Below are positions 49,503 through 59,648 of a DNA stretch of 64,000 nucleotides, piece by piece. A program made the translations under genes and the position numbers. Origin of the DNA: a virus (Duplodnaviria; Caudoviricetes); the IMG/VR virus record IMGVR_UViG_3300031555_003522, positions 32,001 through 96,000 of that record; one strand, written 5' to 3'. Every line of letters begins with the position of its first letter. Positions within the stretch are counted from its first letter, which is position 1. Under the pieces are notes generated by a model, which was not told where the DNA came from, searched no databases, and saw only the letters and a program-made list of their open reading frames with translations.

Positions 49503-50711
49503 ATGGGTAAGTTTACTGATGTTAAGTATACAAGTACGGTTGATAATCTTGTCAATGCGACTAAATCTAAAATAGATAATCCATATTATATTTTTAGTAA
49601 TCAGAGTCCTACTAAGGTTACTTATTATGCTCAAAATATTGAGCAATCTACATTAGATGAAGCTTCCGGATTGTACGGAGCTCATGTTGGAAAGAATTCT
49701 CCCTTTAAATTCAATAAAATTCTTGGATTCCTTCTTTATGGAATTGAAAGAATCAATGTAGATTATGAAGTTGGAGATTATGGTACAGAAGCTAATCCTA
49801 TAGATGGAGAGGCTATTCTTCTTCCGAATACCATTACCCCTAGAGTAGGAGACTTTTTCTATATCGATTATATAAAAGAGCCTGTTCTCTTTAAAGTTAA
49901 CTCTGTTACTACAGATACTCTTGATACTGGTGCCAATTTATATAAAGTAAATTATACTCTTGAACTTACTAATGCTATTAATCAAATAGAAGCACAAGTA
50001 GAGAAGAAGTATAATTTCTTAACCACTAATGTAGGTACAGACTTTAAAACTATTATTCAAGATTGCGATTTCGATCTTGTAGAAAAATTAGAGGCTCTTG
50101 TAGAAGATCTTATTACTTATTTTGAAAATATCTTCTTTGATTCTAGGCTTCAGACTTTTGTATTTAATCATGATGGATGGAATATGTATGATCCTTTTAT
50201 GATTGAATTCTTTATAAGAAATAAGATTATGAGTTATGGGGATAGGTATATATTTGTCGATCATGCCACATCTGTTCATAAAACATTTGCTATGGATTAT
50301 TCTAGATCTTTCTTCAGATCTTTAGAAGATAGAGATATTGAAAGACTACAAGCTAATTTTACAGCAACTGCAGATATGATCACAGATCCCAATTCTTTAT
50401 TCTATACTAGATTAGAGAAATACTATTCTATTAATCATGCTAGTAAAGATCTTATTAAGTCTAGGCTTAGTACATTTGATCCTGAAGTAATTTTTGCTAT
50501 TAAGAAGAATGAATACTTTGATAAGAATAGTAATAAGAGTCACTATAATCTTTGGATAGCCTATTTCAATACAGATAATGATTGGATTAGGGATAATTTG
50601 CTAGATAGTATTAGGTCTATTGATTACATGAATAATCTTGATCACTTCTATGCTCTTGCTATATCTATCTTTATTATCGAAAGATATATCGAAATGCTTA
50701 TAAAGAAATAA
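49503..50711 (+). CDS. Late protein, probable virion structural protein
   Basis: GGAGGT SD before ATG 49503; late motif 49467-49478; ILLPNTITPRVGDFF beta-barrel-like segment. Confidence 0.6.
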   Translation: MGKFTDVKYTSTVDNLVNATKSKIDNPYYIFSNQSPTKVTYYAQNIEQSTLDEASGLYGAHVGKNSPFKFNKILGFLLYGIERINVDYEVGDYGTEANPIDGEAILLPNTITPRVGDFFYIDYIKEPVLFKVNSVTTDTLDTGANLYKVNYTLELTNAINQIEAQVEKKYNFLTTNVGTDFKTIIQDCDFDLVEKLEALVEDLITYFENIFFDSRLQTFVFNHDGWNMYDPFMIEFFIRNKIMSYGDRYIFVDHATSVHKTFAMDYSRSFFRSLEDRDIERLQANFTATADMITDPNSLFYTRLEKYYSINHASKDLIKSRLSTFDPEVIFAIKKNEYFDKNSNKSHYNLWIAYFNTDNDWIRDNLLDSIRSIDYMNNLDHFYALAISIFIIERYIEMLIKK

Positions 50712-50757
50712 GAAATGCCGTACAGGATATTTCCTGTACGGCATATATTTATTGAAA

Positions 50758-51429
50758 TTAGTCCTTATCGTAATCACTCTTATTACTATATTTCTTAATG
50801 CTTTCTTCAAGACGGTCAGCCTCGGCATTATATCTATCTTTAAGCTTCTTATCCTCAGTCTTCTTAGCAAGACGACGGAGATCAGATACAATGGTTTCGG
50901 CGTCTTCTTTAATAGCATTAAATTCAATAGTATCCCAAAGAAAACGGAAAAGGCGGCTTATAATGAAACTTACAACAGCGGAGGCAATAGCACTAAGAAG
51001 AGCTACAGGATTTCCTCCTATAAGCATAGGAACAACAGCACCGCCAACAACGCTGATAGGTCCAGTAATAGAGCCAATGTCTTCCAAAACCTGACAGATA
51101 CGCTTACAGGCATGCATAAAGCCCTTATGACCAGTTTTGAGCTTATCTTCATCTAAGTCATTGGCTTTAATAATATCGCGCAGATCTTTCTTTAGACCCT
51201 TATAGTCCTTACCTTCCTTCATAAAGTTCTTAAGAGCTAAATCAAATTTTGCACCCTCAAGAATTGCGGAAGAACGAATCAGATCCTCATTACCAAAGCA
51301 TTCTGCAATCATCTGCTCTGTAATGAAGATATCACAGTCCTTTACGTAAGTACCTTCCTCGTAAATAGCACCATAAGTCTTCGGTTCATTTACAGGGGGG
51401 GTTACGCTTTCATTAATTCTAAAAATCAT
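50758..51429 (-). CDS. Late protein with hydrophobic hairpin; paralog of 41381..41938
   Basis: MIFRINES start; ILEGAKFD...; late motif 51482-51471. Confidence 0.75.
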   Translation of the reverse strand: MIFRINESVTPPVNEPKTYGAIYEEGTYVKDCDIFITEQMIAECFGNEDLIRSSAILEGAKFDLALKNFMKEGKDYKGLKKDLRDIIKANDLDEDKLKTGHKGFMHACKRICQVLEDIGSITGPISVVGGAVVPMLIGGNPVALLSAIASAVVSFIISRLFRFLWDTIEFNAIKEDAETIVSDLRRLAKKTEDKKLKDRYNAEADRLEESIKKYSNKSDYDKD

Positions 51430-51566
51430 AGCATAAACCATCCTTTTATTATATTTTATGCGTAATGCATTATTAAAAAGTTCACTCATATCAAAGCAAT
51501 ACAAAAAGAAAAACAATTTTTATTACATATTATACTTGTGAATATAAAATAAAGGAGGAAGTTATT

Positions 51567-52226
51567 ATGTCAACAACAAAACTAGTTTATATGTGTCCTA
51601 TATGTAGAAACAGAGTTGAATATAACATAAGCTCTGTTACTATGTATACACATGAAAATAAACTGATTGATGGGGCTCTTGAAGAAATTGAAATAGAGCA
51701 ACCAATTAATACAGCAGCTATTGTTACAACAATAAATCCATTAAAATGCGCCCATTTGAAGAATACAGATAAGTCTCATTCGCCTTATAAAATGATAGCA
51801 GTTCCAGAATGGACACCTACTTTGGTAGATAAGATTGTTAAGATATTTCCAGATATCTACAATATTAGTTTACCTATGTTTACGGTATGGGGAGATGATG
51901 GTAAAGATTCTACATGTAGCCTCCGGCTTTGTTTCAGTACGAATGATACCATTTCTGCCACTAGATTTATCGATATAGCTAAAGCTATACTAGATAAAAA
52001 TATAAACGGATATAAATCTACAGCAAAAATAAAAATAGGTCATGCGATATTTCCAGCATCTAATGATAAAGGTGATACTATTAAAAAGAACGTAATTATG
52101 ATTTTCGCTCCTAGTATAGATTTTATGAAATCTAATAAAGGAAGAGCACTTGGCTTCTGTAATTTTATAGAGAACATAATTTATCAATTTAACAATTATG
52201 ATCAGATTACAATTGGAGGGGTATAA
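51567..52226 (+). CDS. CxxC paralog family protein
   Basis: YMCPICRN...LKCAH; AGGAGG SD. Confidence 0.65.
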   Translation: MSTTKLVYMCPICRNRVEYNISSVTMYTHENKLIDGALEEIEIEQPINTAAIVTTINPLKCAHLKNTDKSHSPYKMIAVPEWTPTLVDKIVKIFPDIYNISLPMFTVWGDDGKDSTCSLRLCFSTNDTISATRFIDIAKAILDKNINGYKSTAKIKIGHAIFPASNDKGDTIKKNVIMIFAPSIDFMKSNKGRALGFCNFIENIIYQFNNYDQITIGGV

Positions 52227-52989
52227 AATGAAACGGCATGTTATTGATGAATTTAAATCTACTGCAATTCAAGGAGGGGAAAATTCTTTCGAATATACAG
52301 CGGTTTGTACAGCTTGTGGAAAATTTTTACCTTTTACAATAAAAAATTCTATTGAAATAATTTATCCTGAAAATCATACCCATAGAGATAATTTTAGGTT
52401 TAGTCACTATGCTTTTAAAGCGCCTATTAATATTACTTGTAGCTGTATGGGTAATGGTAATGGAGTGGTTGAAGTTCCACGAGATCTAGTCCAACCAGTG
52501 AGAACTCTTATTCAGAACAATATCTGCGTTAGAGCGGTAGATCTTAATAGAATTAGATTCTGCCGTTTAATTGTTAGTAACGGCGTCCCAACAGATTATT
52601 TTATTATTCCTAATCTTATGATAATGGAGGTTACTGGACGTGATATGGCAGAAAGGCTGTTCACAACTCTTAAGACATTAATTAGCGAAAATAATTTAAA
52701 TCATTTGGATGTATCTAACAATCGCATCATGAATGAAAATGAAGAAAATTCTATGGATGAATATTCAGACGAGGAGTTCGAAAATCTTAATACTCCAGAT
52801 GTAGAACAGCTTTATCTTATTAATATTTACAATGTCTCTAATGATCGTAGATGTTATGAGTCGGAGGATGATATTGATCATAAGCTTCTATCTGATAAGG
52901 ATAATCAGTTTATCAAATTAGTTTCAAAATTTGCAGAAGAAGTTTCCAATATGAACGATAGTTCAAAAGAAGATGAAGTATCTGAATGA
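52198..52989 (+). CDS. CxxC paralog family protein
   Basis: VCTACGK...TCSC; likely start 52228. Confidence 0.65.
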   Translation: MIRLQLEGYKMKRHVIDEFKSTAIQGGENSFEYTAVCTACGKFLPFTIKNSIEIIYPENHTHRDNFRFSHYAFKAPINITCSCMGNGNGVVEVPRDLVQPVRTLIQNNICVRAVDLNRIRFCRLIVSNGVPTDYFIIPNLMIMEVTGRDMAERLFTTLKTLISENNLNHLDVSNNRIMNENEENSMDEYSDEEFENLNTPDVEQLYLINIYNVSNDRRCYESEDDIDHKLLSDKDNQFIKLVSKFAEEVSNMNDSSKEDEVSE

Positions 52990-53132
52990 GATAAAAAGAA
53001 GTGGGAACAATTCCCACTTCTTTTTTTTTGTAATTTTAATAGTTTTTCTTTATATATTATTCGAGTGAGAAAAATAGCTATCTTTTAAAATAGCACTTTT
53101 TCTAAAGAAAGATATAAAGGAGAGTATCACAT

Positions 53133-53504
53133 ATGCTAACAATTGACAAACTTGAAATCACAAAGTCCGAAACAGAGGTAGCAAAGGAATTGCGCGATCT
53201 ATTCATCGATATTGGGGTGAATTATAGATCCAAAGGATTTAAATACCTGATTACCGCATGCGTAGAAGTTATATTCAACCCGGAGATTATGAATACGGGC
53301 ATTACGAAAGCTCTGTATCCAGATCTTGCAAATTTCTATAATACCAGATGCGGTTGCATCGAAAGATGCATTAGATCTTCCATTGAAAATATTGATTTGG
53401 AGGATAATCCTAGAGCTTTATCGGTGTTCGGAAACATCAAAAAGTTAACCAACAGCATTTTTATATCGGCCGTATCTGATTACATCCGGGTTAATAGTAT
53501 TTGA
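53133..53504 (+). CDS. Spo0A C-terminal (DNA-binding effector) domain protein lacking the receiver domain
   Basis: IGV....KGFKYL..A......ITKALYPDLA..YNT....IERCIRSSIE...TNS.FI....D.IR matches Spo0A_C; early motif 53053. Confidence 0.88.
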   Translation: MLTIDKLEITKSETEVAKELRDLFIDIGVNYRSKGFKYLITACVEVIFNPEIMNTGITKALYPDLANFYNTRCGCIERCIRSSIENIDLEDNPRALSVFGNIKKLTNSIFISAVSDYIRVNSI

Positions 53505-53546
53505 TATAAAAAATAATAAGGGTGGCGTAATGCCACCCTTTATTTT

Positions 53547-53996
53547 TTATAATACATTGCACGGACAAAGCGGAGGAGTATTAGGAGGATTACATCCGCC
53601 AGGAATATTTCCAGATGTATTGCCATTATTTTCATTATCACCATTAATAACCCATTGAGATACTGTGTTAGCATAAAAGTCATTAATAATATACTCGAAA
53701 TAAGGAATACATAGCTCCTTAGGTATGGACAGCCAATAAGGCGGGAAGATAAGTACAGCACCTTTACCTTCTAAAATTACATCACTATAGGAGTTGATTT
53801 CAAGACCATCAAAATCTCTCATAAACACGAGAGATATTACAATCTTATATCTGGAATCGTGTAAATTGATATTTAGATAGGTGTTTCTATCTACATCGAC
53901 AATTGTCTTTTCTGCAAAGAACTTATCCAATTTGTCATGCATAGCCTGACTCATAGCAAACTGAGTTCCATTTTCATTTGATGTTAATATATTCAT
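53547..53996 (-). CDS. Hypothetical late protein
   Basis: Last gene of the late minus-strand operon; GAGGTG SD. Confidence 0.65.
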   Translation of the reverse strand: MNILTSNENGTQFAMSQAMHDKLDKFFAEKTIVDVDRNTYLNINLHDSRYKIVISLVFMRDFDGLEINSYSDVILEGKGAVLIFPPYWLSIPKELCIPYFEYIINDFYANTVSQWVINGDNENNGNTSGNIPGGCNPPNTPPLCPCNVL

Positions 53997-54010
53997 AGTT
54001 TCACCTCATA

Positions 54011-56548
54011 TTACGGCCAAGGACGTTCTACGTTATCCAGATTATCAGTTGCATCAGAATCCAGAGCCTCAAGAATTGTATTACCAGAACTATCTTCGAC
54101 AGGAATCTGGTTGCCATCTTCATCAGTTTCTGTAAGCATAATGCTTTGATCGACATCTTGATAATCATAGATGAATCCTTCACTTATATCAATACTTTCA
54201 TTGCTAATATAATGCTCTCTTATAAGCTCATACATAATAGCTTTGATATTAACAGCTCCAGCATAGATGTTCTGCTCAATATTCTGAATCGTCACTCCAT
54301 CTATACCAAGTATTAATGCAATATCATCAAGAGTGAAATTAGCAGTAATCTTATCCCATATAGATGCATTCTTAGTAAATGCTTCACAAAGAGCATCAAT
54401 ATCAGGAGTATATTTTGTTATACAGACGTTGTGTATAGATTTTTCGTCTGTATTTATTCTTATTCTTGTAGAATCAATATCGGTTATATGGGATTCGGGA
54501 ATCTTTCTACCATTGATCCATACCATGAAAAGCTTAGAACTGAGGGGATATGTCAGCATACTCTTATCGACAATAATGTCACTATTTATATATTTATTAG
54601 GATCTTTGGAAGGAAGCTCTGATAAATCATAATTGGCGACAAAATCTTTCATAAAAGCAGGAGCATATACTACATCTATATTATCTCCCTTAGCAACAGG
54701 GAATGTCAAATAAATCTTAAATTCACTAAACGGAGTTGTAGGACGTACAGGAAGGGTAAGTCTATAATGGTCACTGTTCAGCTTTCTACCATTATAGAAT
54801 ACCATATACTTCGAGTAGTCATTACAATACATAAATTTATCCCCAAGATCGATTCCAAGATCAATGGAATTTTCAGGGGTTTCATCTGTATAATAGCAGA
54901 AGTGCTTGAATCTGCTAGAAGATACAGCGATTAGCTGTTTACCATAATAGAACTCATTTGAAAGAGTAATCCTTGAATGGCCTTCTTCGTTAAACTCTAT
55001 AGTATATTCTACAGGAAAATGCTGAAGGCCATCTTCTGGAAATTCGAAATAGTCAGTATCTGTCTCTCTACTAAAGAGTATCATATCTTCATTGATCAAC
55101 TCGTTAGATCTATCGACGAATCCATCATTAGCATTGATTATAATAGGTATAGTTCCATTGTTTATATTCTGGAATCTCATTATTTCAATGCTATCACTTT
55201 CGTGTATATTTTGGATAGGAAGGTAATAGTTGCTAGCTATATATTTACCAGCATGTCTATATCTATAGAGTTCTCCATTGACGAATATCAGGAAGTACTC
55301 ATCTTGCATATAGCTATGCTTTCTGGGTATAACTAGTATACTATCAGGTGTAGTATTGTGAATAAGCCAATCATAGTCTCTTTCATCAAAAAGAAGATTG
55401 GTATTATTCTTAAATACATCATTAAAAATGGATGGATTATGAGCATAGATATTGTTTATGGCATCGGTTACATTATCTTCATAGCTCTTATCTCTACTCA
55501 TTTTTAATTCAAATGGCTTTATAGCCTGCTTCCAATATTCAGGCATTTCTTCTCCATAATTTTCCCTTATAGAATGCTCTTCTATAGAATTGGATGTAAA
55601 TCTAGTATAATTATCGATAGATGGAGTATAATTTGTATTAATAAATACGCATATATCATATCGAACACCATCTACATTTTCACCGTTATCTACAGAAATA
55701 AAAGATCCTCTAAAGTTAATGGATGGAATAACAGGAAGCGGATCATCATCTGTAACAAATTCGATACAGGGATTTACTCTGCCACTTTCCGTTTTATAAT
55801 TAGCATCATGCGCTTTTCTAATCTTATCTATAGGATTAATGGATAAAAGACCATCTCTAAATAGAAGTACATTAGAACTGGTTAATTTTACATCATTAAC
55901 ACCTTCTAAAATAGGAAAAGCGTTTACTGTATTAGAAGGAATATTACGGTTAGTCGTATATGTATTAAAAATCATATCAGAATTGGGCTTTAGATATCTA
56001 ATGCTATATTTTGTAGAAAAGATATCAAACTGGCCCTCATCATCAAATGTTAGCATTACAGAACTATCATCATTAGATGAGCTATAATCTTTTTCATATA
56101 CACAACCATCTGGAAGTTCTACTATCTGAGCATATTTGAGATTTCTGCAATCATCAGCAAATGTCGTATTTGTAGAATCTACCATCATATAATATTTCTC
56201 ATCAGAAATAGTAATAAAGATTAGATCCAATGGTATAAATTTGCCATTAATAAATAGCATTAGAGGATATATTACATTATTTTTAACAAGATCTACTAAT
56301 GAATGTATTCCACTAATATACTTATATGGTCTAATCTTACGCATTTTAAAATGAAGATACTTGAGTTTGAAACAACACTTAGGACCTTGAGGTATATATC
56401 TAATCAATCTACCATCTACAAAATAATTATAGCACAGGTAGTCGATCTGATCTTTATTCACTCTAGGTATATAAGCAATCTGATTATCAATAAGGTAATT
56501 TTCCGATCTAGTTCTGCAATTGTTAATTACATCTAGTATCTGATTCAT
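54011..56548 (-). CDS. Large late protein, probable baseplate/tail structural protein
   Basis: 845 aa with repeated [LV]F.NG..[LI] beta motifs; in late operon. Confidence 0.6.
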   Translation of the reverse strand: MNQILDVINNCRTRSENYLIDNQIAYIPRVNKDQIDYLCYNYFVDGRLIRYIPQGPKCCFKLKYLHFKMRKIRPYKYISGIHSLVDLVKNNVIYPLMLFINGKFIPLDLIFITISDEKYYMMVDSTNTTFADDCRNLKYAQIVELPDGCVYEKDYSSSNDDSSVMLTFDDEGQFDIFSTKYSIRYLKPNSDMIFNTYTTNRNIPSNTVNAFPILEGVNDVKLTSSNVLLFRDGLLSINPIDKIRKAHDANYKTESGRVNPCIEFVTDDDPLPVIPSINFRGSFISVDNGENVDGVRYDICVFINTNYTPSIDNYTRFTSNSIEEHSIRENYGEEMPEYWKQAIKPFELKMSRDKSYEDNVTDAINNIYAHNPSIFNDVFKNNTNLLFDERDYDWLIHNTTPDSILVIPRKHSYMQDEYFLIFVNGELYRYRHAGKYIASNYYLPIQNIHESDSIEIMRFQNINNGTIPIIINANDGFVDRSNELINEDMILFSRETDTDYFEFPEDGLQHFPVEYTIEFNEEGHSRITLSNEFYYGKQLIAVSSSRFKHFCYYTDETPENSIDLGIDLGDKFMYCNDYSKYMVFYNGRKLNSDHYRLTLPVRPTTPFSEFKIYLTFPVAKGDNIDVVYAPAFMKDFVANYDLSELPSKDPNKYINSDIIVDKSMLTYPLSSKLFMVWINGRKIPESHITDIDSTRIRINTDEKSIHNVCITKYTPDIDALCEAFTKNASIWDKITANFTLDDIALILGIDGVTIQNIEQNIYAGAVNIKAIMYELIREHYISNESIDISEGFIYDYQDVDQSIMLTETDEDGNQIPVEDSSGNTILEALDSDATDNLDNVERPWP

Positions 56549-57489
56549 ATAGATTCAGCTCCAATCGCCAAAATCGTCTTAGTAAATTCGATCATATTTG
56601 TTGCAGCGATTTTCTCAATTGTTTTCTGATTATTGATGTATGCACCAACATAGGCATCAGTGATCATAGATGCAAAAGCAGGGAAGAATTCTATAGAGAA
56701 TATTGTGCCAGTACCATATATACTCATCCAACGCTCTACAACAACATCCAATGTCAGCTTATTCAAATGAAGAATATCTGCAATGGCTTCAACAAAATAT
56801 TTTATATTCAGCATACTCTCAGATTTCAGCTGAATGTCTACTATACCAGCATCTCTATCAGAGAGACCAGATATCTTTTTAGCTATCTTTCTACAGCCTT
56901 CAAGCGTATGATCCTTACCGAGAAGATTGCTTAAATAATAAAGTGCTGTCATATACATGCATTTATTTTTTGCTGCAGGCATAGCACTAATCTTGCATAC
57001 ATAATCTACTACATGAGTGAATAGAGATGCAAATGCAGCGGCACCAACAGACATAATTTTGGAGTTGGATACCAAGCGGTTTTCATCCATATAATAAATC
57101 TTTATATGCATTGCACTTACAAGATAAGAAATAAAAACATCGATAGAAGTACATATATATCTACCGGTTTCTTCGTTCTTCTTAATTATATTAGAGCAAT
57201 CAATAAAGATCTTAAGCTTTCTCTTATCAGGACCTTTTATATCCTTTGCACAGAATACCTTAAATGCCTTAGACAAAGGTTTCTCATTAGAAACAAGAAT
57301 AATATCCTTAGATTCAAGAACCTTTACAAGACTATTACTAACCTGACGGCGCTTAATTTCATACTTGATATCATCAAAATCGGATGTATTCTTATCAATT
57401 TCGCTACCAGTCATAATAAAGGAAAAAATCTGCTTTTCGTACTCACTATACTGACCGTATAAGTACGTAGCAGCGTATGTTTTAGCCAT
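56545..57489 (-). CDS. Hypothetical late protein
   Basis: AAGGAGG SD; late motif 57530-57519. Confidence 0.75.
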   Translation of the reverse strand: MAKTYAATYLYGQYSEYEKQIFSFIMTGSEIDKNTSDFDDIKYEIKRRQVSNSLVKVLESKDIILVSNEKPLSKAFKVFCAKDIKGPDKRKLKIFIDCSNIIKKNEETGRYICTSIDVFISYLVSAMHIKIYYMDENRLVSNSKIMSVGAAAFASLFTHVVDYVCKISAMPAAKNKCMYMTALYYLSNLLGKDHTLEGCRKIAKKISGLSDRDAGIVDIQLKSESMLNIKYFVEAIADILHLNKLTLDVVVERWMSIYGTGTIFSIEFFPAFASMITDAYVGAYINNQKTIEKIAATNMIEFTKTILAIGAESI

Positions 57490-57622
57490 TTTAAGGCCCT
57501 CCTTTTTATTTAATATTTTATTTGTATGTTGACCCAGGCTGATCTTTATTAAATGAAGATTGAAAATATATTATAATTATAGATATTACAAAATAATAAT
57601 ATGGAAGAAAGAGGTAATAAAA

Positions 57623-58045
57623 ATGATTAAAAAAATATTATTATTATTTAAACAAATTTTTGGTATTATAGATGTCGACCCAGATTGTAAGAGTTATTTA
57701 TATGATGACGATGAAGAAATTTGGGAGACTAATGAAGATCCTTATTTAAAGAAATTAAGGAGATATACATCTCCAGACACAATAGATGAAGAGGTTTTAA
57801 TCACTATGTCTGGAGATTGTTTTGAAGATGTAAGGAATGCTATTTACAGATCTGCTTATATAAGAAATAATATTTCTGTTTTTAGACTTATCCTTTTGCA
57901 TAGCTATGGAGAAAAAGATTCATCAGAATATATGGTGTTCAATCATCCGAACGGAGAATTAAAATTTGTAAATGTAGAAAATAATAAAGAGGTTTTTATC
58001 GTAAAGACGAGACTAATGAAGTTTCTTAGGAGGATAAAAGAATGA
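57623..58045 (+). CDS. Hypothetical protein
   Basis: GAGGT SD before ATG 57623. Confidence 0.6.
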   Translation: MIKKILLLFKQIFGIIDVDPDCKSYLYDDDEEIWETNEDPYLKKLRRYTSPDTIDEEVLITMSGDCFEDVRNAIYRSAYIRNNISVFRLILLHSYGEKDSSEYMVFNHPNGELKFVNVENNKEVFIVKTRLMKFLRRIKE

Positions 58046-58455
58046 AAGATATTAATGCATCAAAATGTAAAAAGGTTATATTATTCGTTGCGATCATGTA
58101 TATCTTATTTAGCATACTTGTAATATTAGCTATATTAAAAGATGCTAAGCATTTATGTGGGCCTATAATAATGCTTTATATTATGACACTAATATTAGGT
58201 GTGTTTATGATAGGACTTTGTCCTTTTTCTGGAGGTATAGACAGAAAATCAATAAGGATTTTATGCATAGAATTTGCAGAAATAGACGAGTGTATGAAAA
58301 AGCTTATGGAATTAGAACCTGATATATTTATCAATTGTAGATATATGAATACATACATATTTAATCCATTAAATTATCATTATTATGAGCTTTATACTAA
58401 GGGCGATATTAAATGGGCTAGAGATATCGGGACATTACATCCTATAATGAGGTAA
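58042..58455 (+). CDS. Two-TM membrane protein
   Basis: Two N-terminal hydrophobic helices. Confidence 0.65.
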   Translation: MKDINASKCKKVILFVAIMYILFSILVILAILKDAKHLCGPIIMLYIMTLILGVFMIGLCPFSGGIDRKSIRILCIEFAEIDECMKKLMELEPDIFINCRYMNTYIFNPLNYHYYELYTKGDIKWARDIGTLHPIMR

Positions 58456-58459
58456 TATT

Positions 58460-58846
58460 ATGGATACAAATAAACTTATAGTACTTATGGCATTTTTAGC
58501 TTATACAATAATCTTGTGTTTCCTATGTATTTTAGCATGCAAACTAAAACCTAAAAAGATTTATATCGATACAGCTTGGCATGGCTGGAAGTTATCATCA
58601 TATAAATTTAAAGAGGATGATAATAAATTTATCACATTTGTGATATTTTCTGGATTAAAAGATCATCCTATTTCTTCCATAGATGCACTAGATTTAGAGG
58701 CAGAAATGGAGGATACTGGAATATTACCACTATTTCCTAAAAAGAATGAAGAACGTCCAATCATATATCTTATAGATAGGAACACTGGATATAAATATAA
58801 GTATTTAGGAAAATATTCTGAAGTAAAATTCCAGAGATTGGATTAA
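58460..58846 (+). CDS. Single-TM membrane protein
   Basis: N-terminal hydrophobic helix; GAGGT SD. Confidence 0.65.
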   Translation: MDTNKLIVLMAFLAYTIILCFLCILACKLKPKKIYIDTAWHGWKLSSYKFKEDDNKFITFVIFSGLKDHPISSIDALDLEAEMEDTGILPLFPKKNEERPIIYLIDRNTGYKYKYLGKYSEVKFQRLD

Positions 58847-58931
58847 TTATGGGGTAGGCAAGCACGCCTACCCCATAATTTTTGTTATAAATAAGGACTT
58901 TAACTATCTCATAAAGTTTAAAGTAAAGGAT

Positions 58932-59648
58932 ATGCTAATTATGGATAATAATTATATAGTCCAAGCATTAAATAATATAGATATTATCCTTGATAATAAA
59001 ACAAGCCTATATCAAAATAGTAGTGGACAAACTGTAGCTAGAGTTACAGAAATAATTTCATCGATGATACATAGCGATGGACTTATGTATTGGGCTAACT
59101 CGCTTGGCTTTAAGGGCATAAGATATAAAGATGAATTAAATAGAGCAGCAGAAGCTGGAACTATTGCACATGCAGCGATAGAAAAATTCTTAAAAGAAAA
59201 AATATGTACAGAGAATAATATTCCATTTCAAGGGTTTAAGCTCTGGTATAATATTGTCACTGAGGATATAGGGTTACCTATAACTGTGATTTATGTAGAG
59301 CATACTCTAGTGTGCAAATGGTTTGGAGGAACACTAGATGCTTTACTTATGATAGGAAATAAAATATATCTTGTGGACTTCAAAACAAGCAATCATGTTA
59401 CTTATAGGTACTTTATACAACTAGGTGCTTATAGGCATATGCTTAGAGAGGTTGAAGGTATTGAAATAGACGGCGTAATTGTATTACAGCTAGATAAAGA
59501 TGAGCCTGGTTTTAATGAATATCTTCTAGATTTTTCAATTATGAATCATTTAGAATTTATGAATAGATGTGAGCATACTTTCTTATCCCTTGTATATGCA
59601 TATTATAACGTCAAAAGGATAGAAGGAGAATTCAAAACTTTATTTTGA
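58932..59648 (+). CDS. PD-(D/E)xK exonuclease (RecB/Cas4-like fold, no Fe-S cysteines)
   Basis: RVTEII, GTIAHAAIE, GGTLDAL...LVDFKTS...QLGAY. Confidence 0.82.
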   Translation: MLIMDNNYIVQALNNIDIILDNKTSLYQNSSGQTVARVTEIISSMIHSDGLMYWANSLGFKGIRYKDELNRAAEAGTIAHAAIEKFLKEKICTENNIPFQGFKLWYNIVTEDIGLPITVIYVEHTLVCKWFGGTLDALLMIGNKIYLVDFKTSNHVTYRYFIQLGAYRHMLREVEGIEIDGVIVLQLDKDEPGFNEYLLDFSIMNHLEFMNRCEHTFLSLVYAYYNVKRIEGEFKTLF

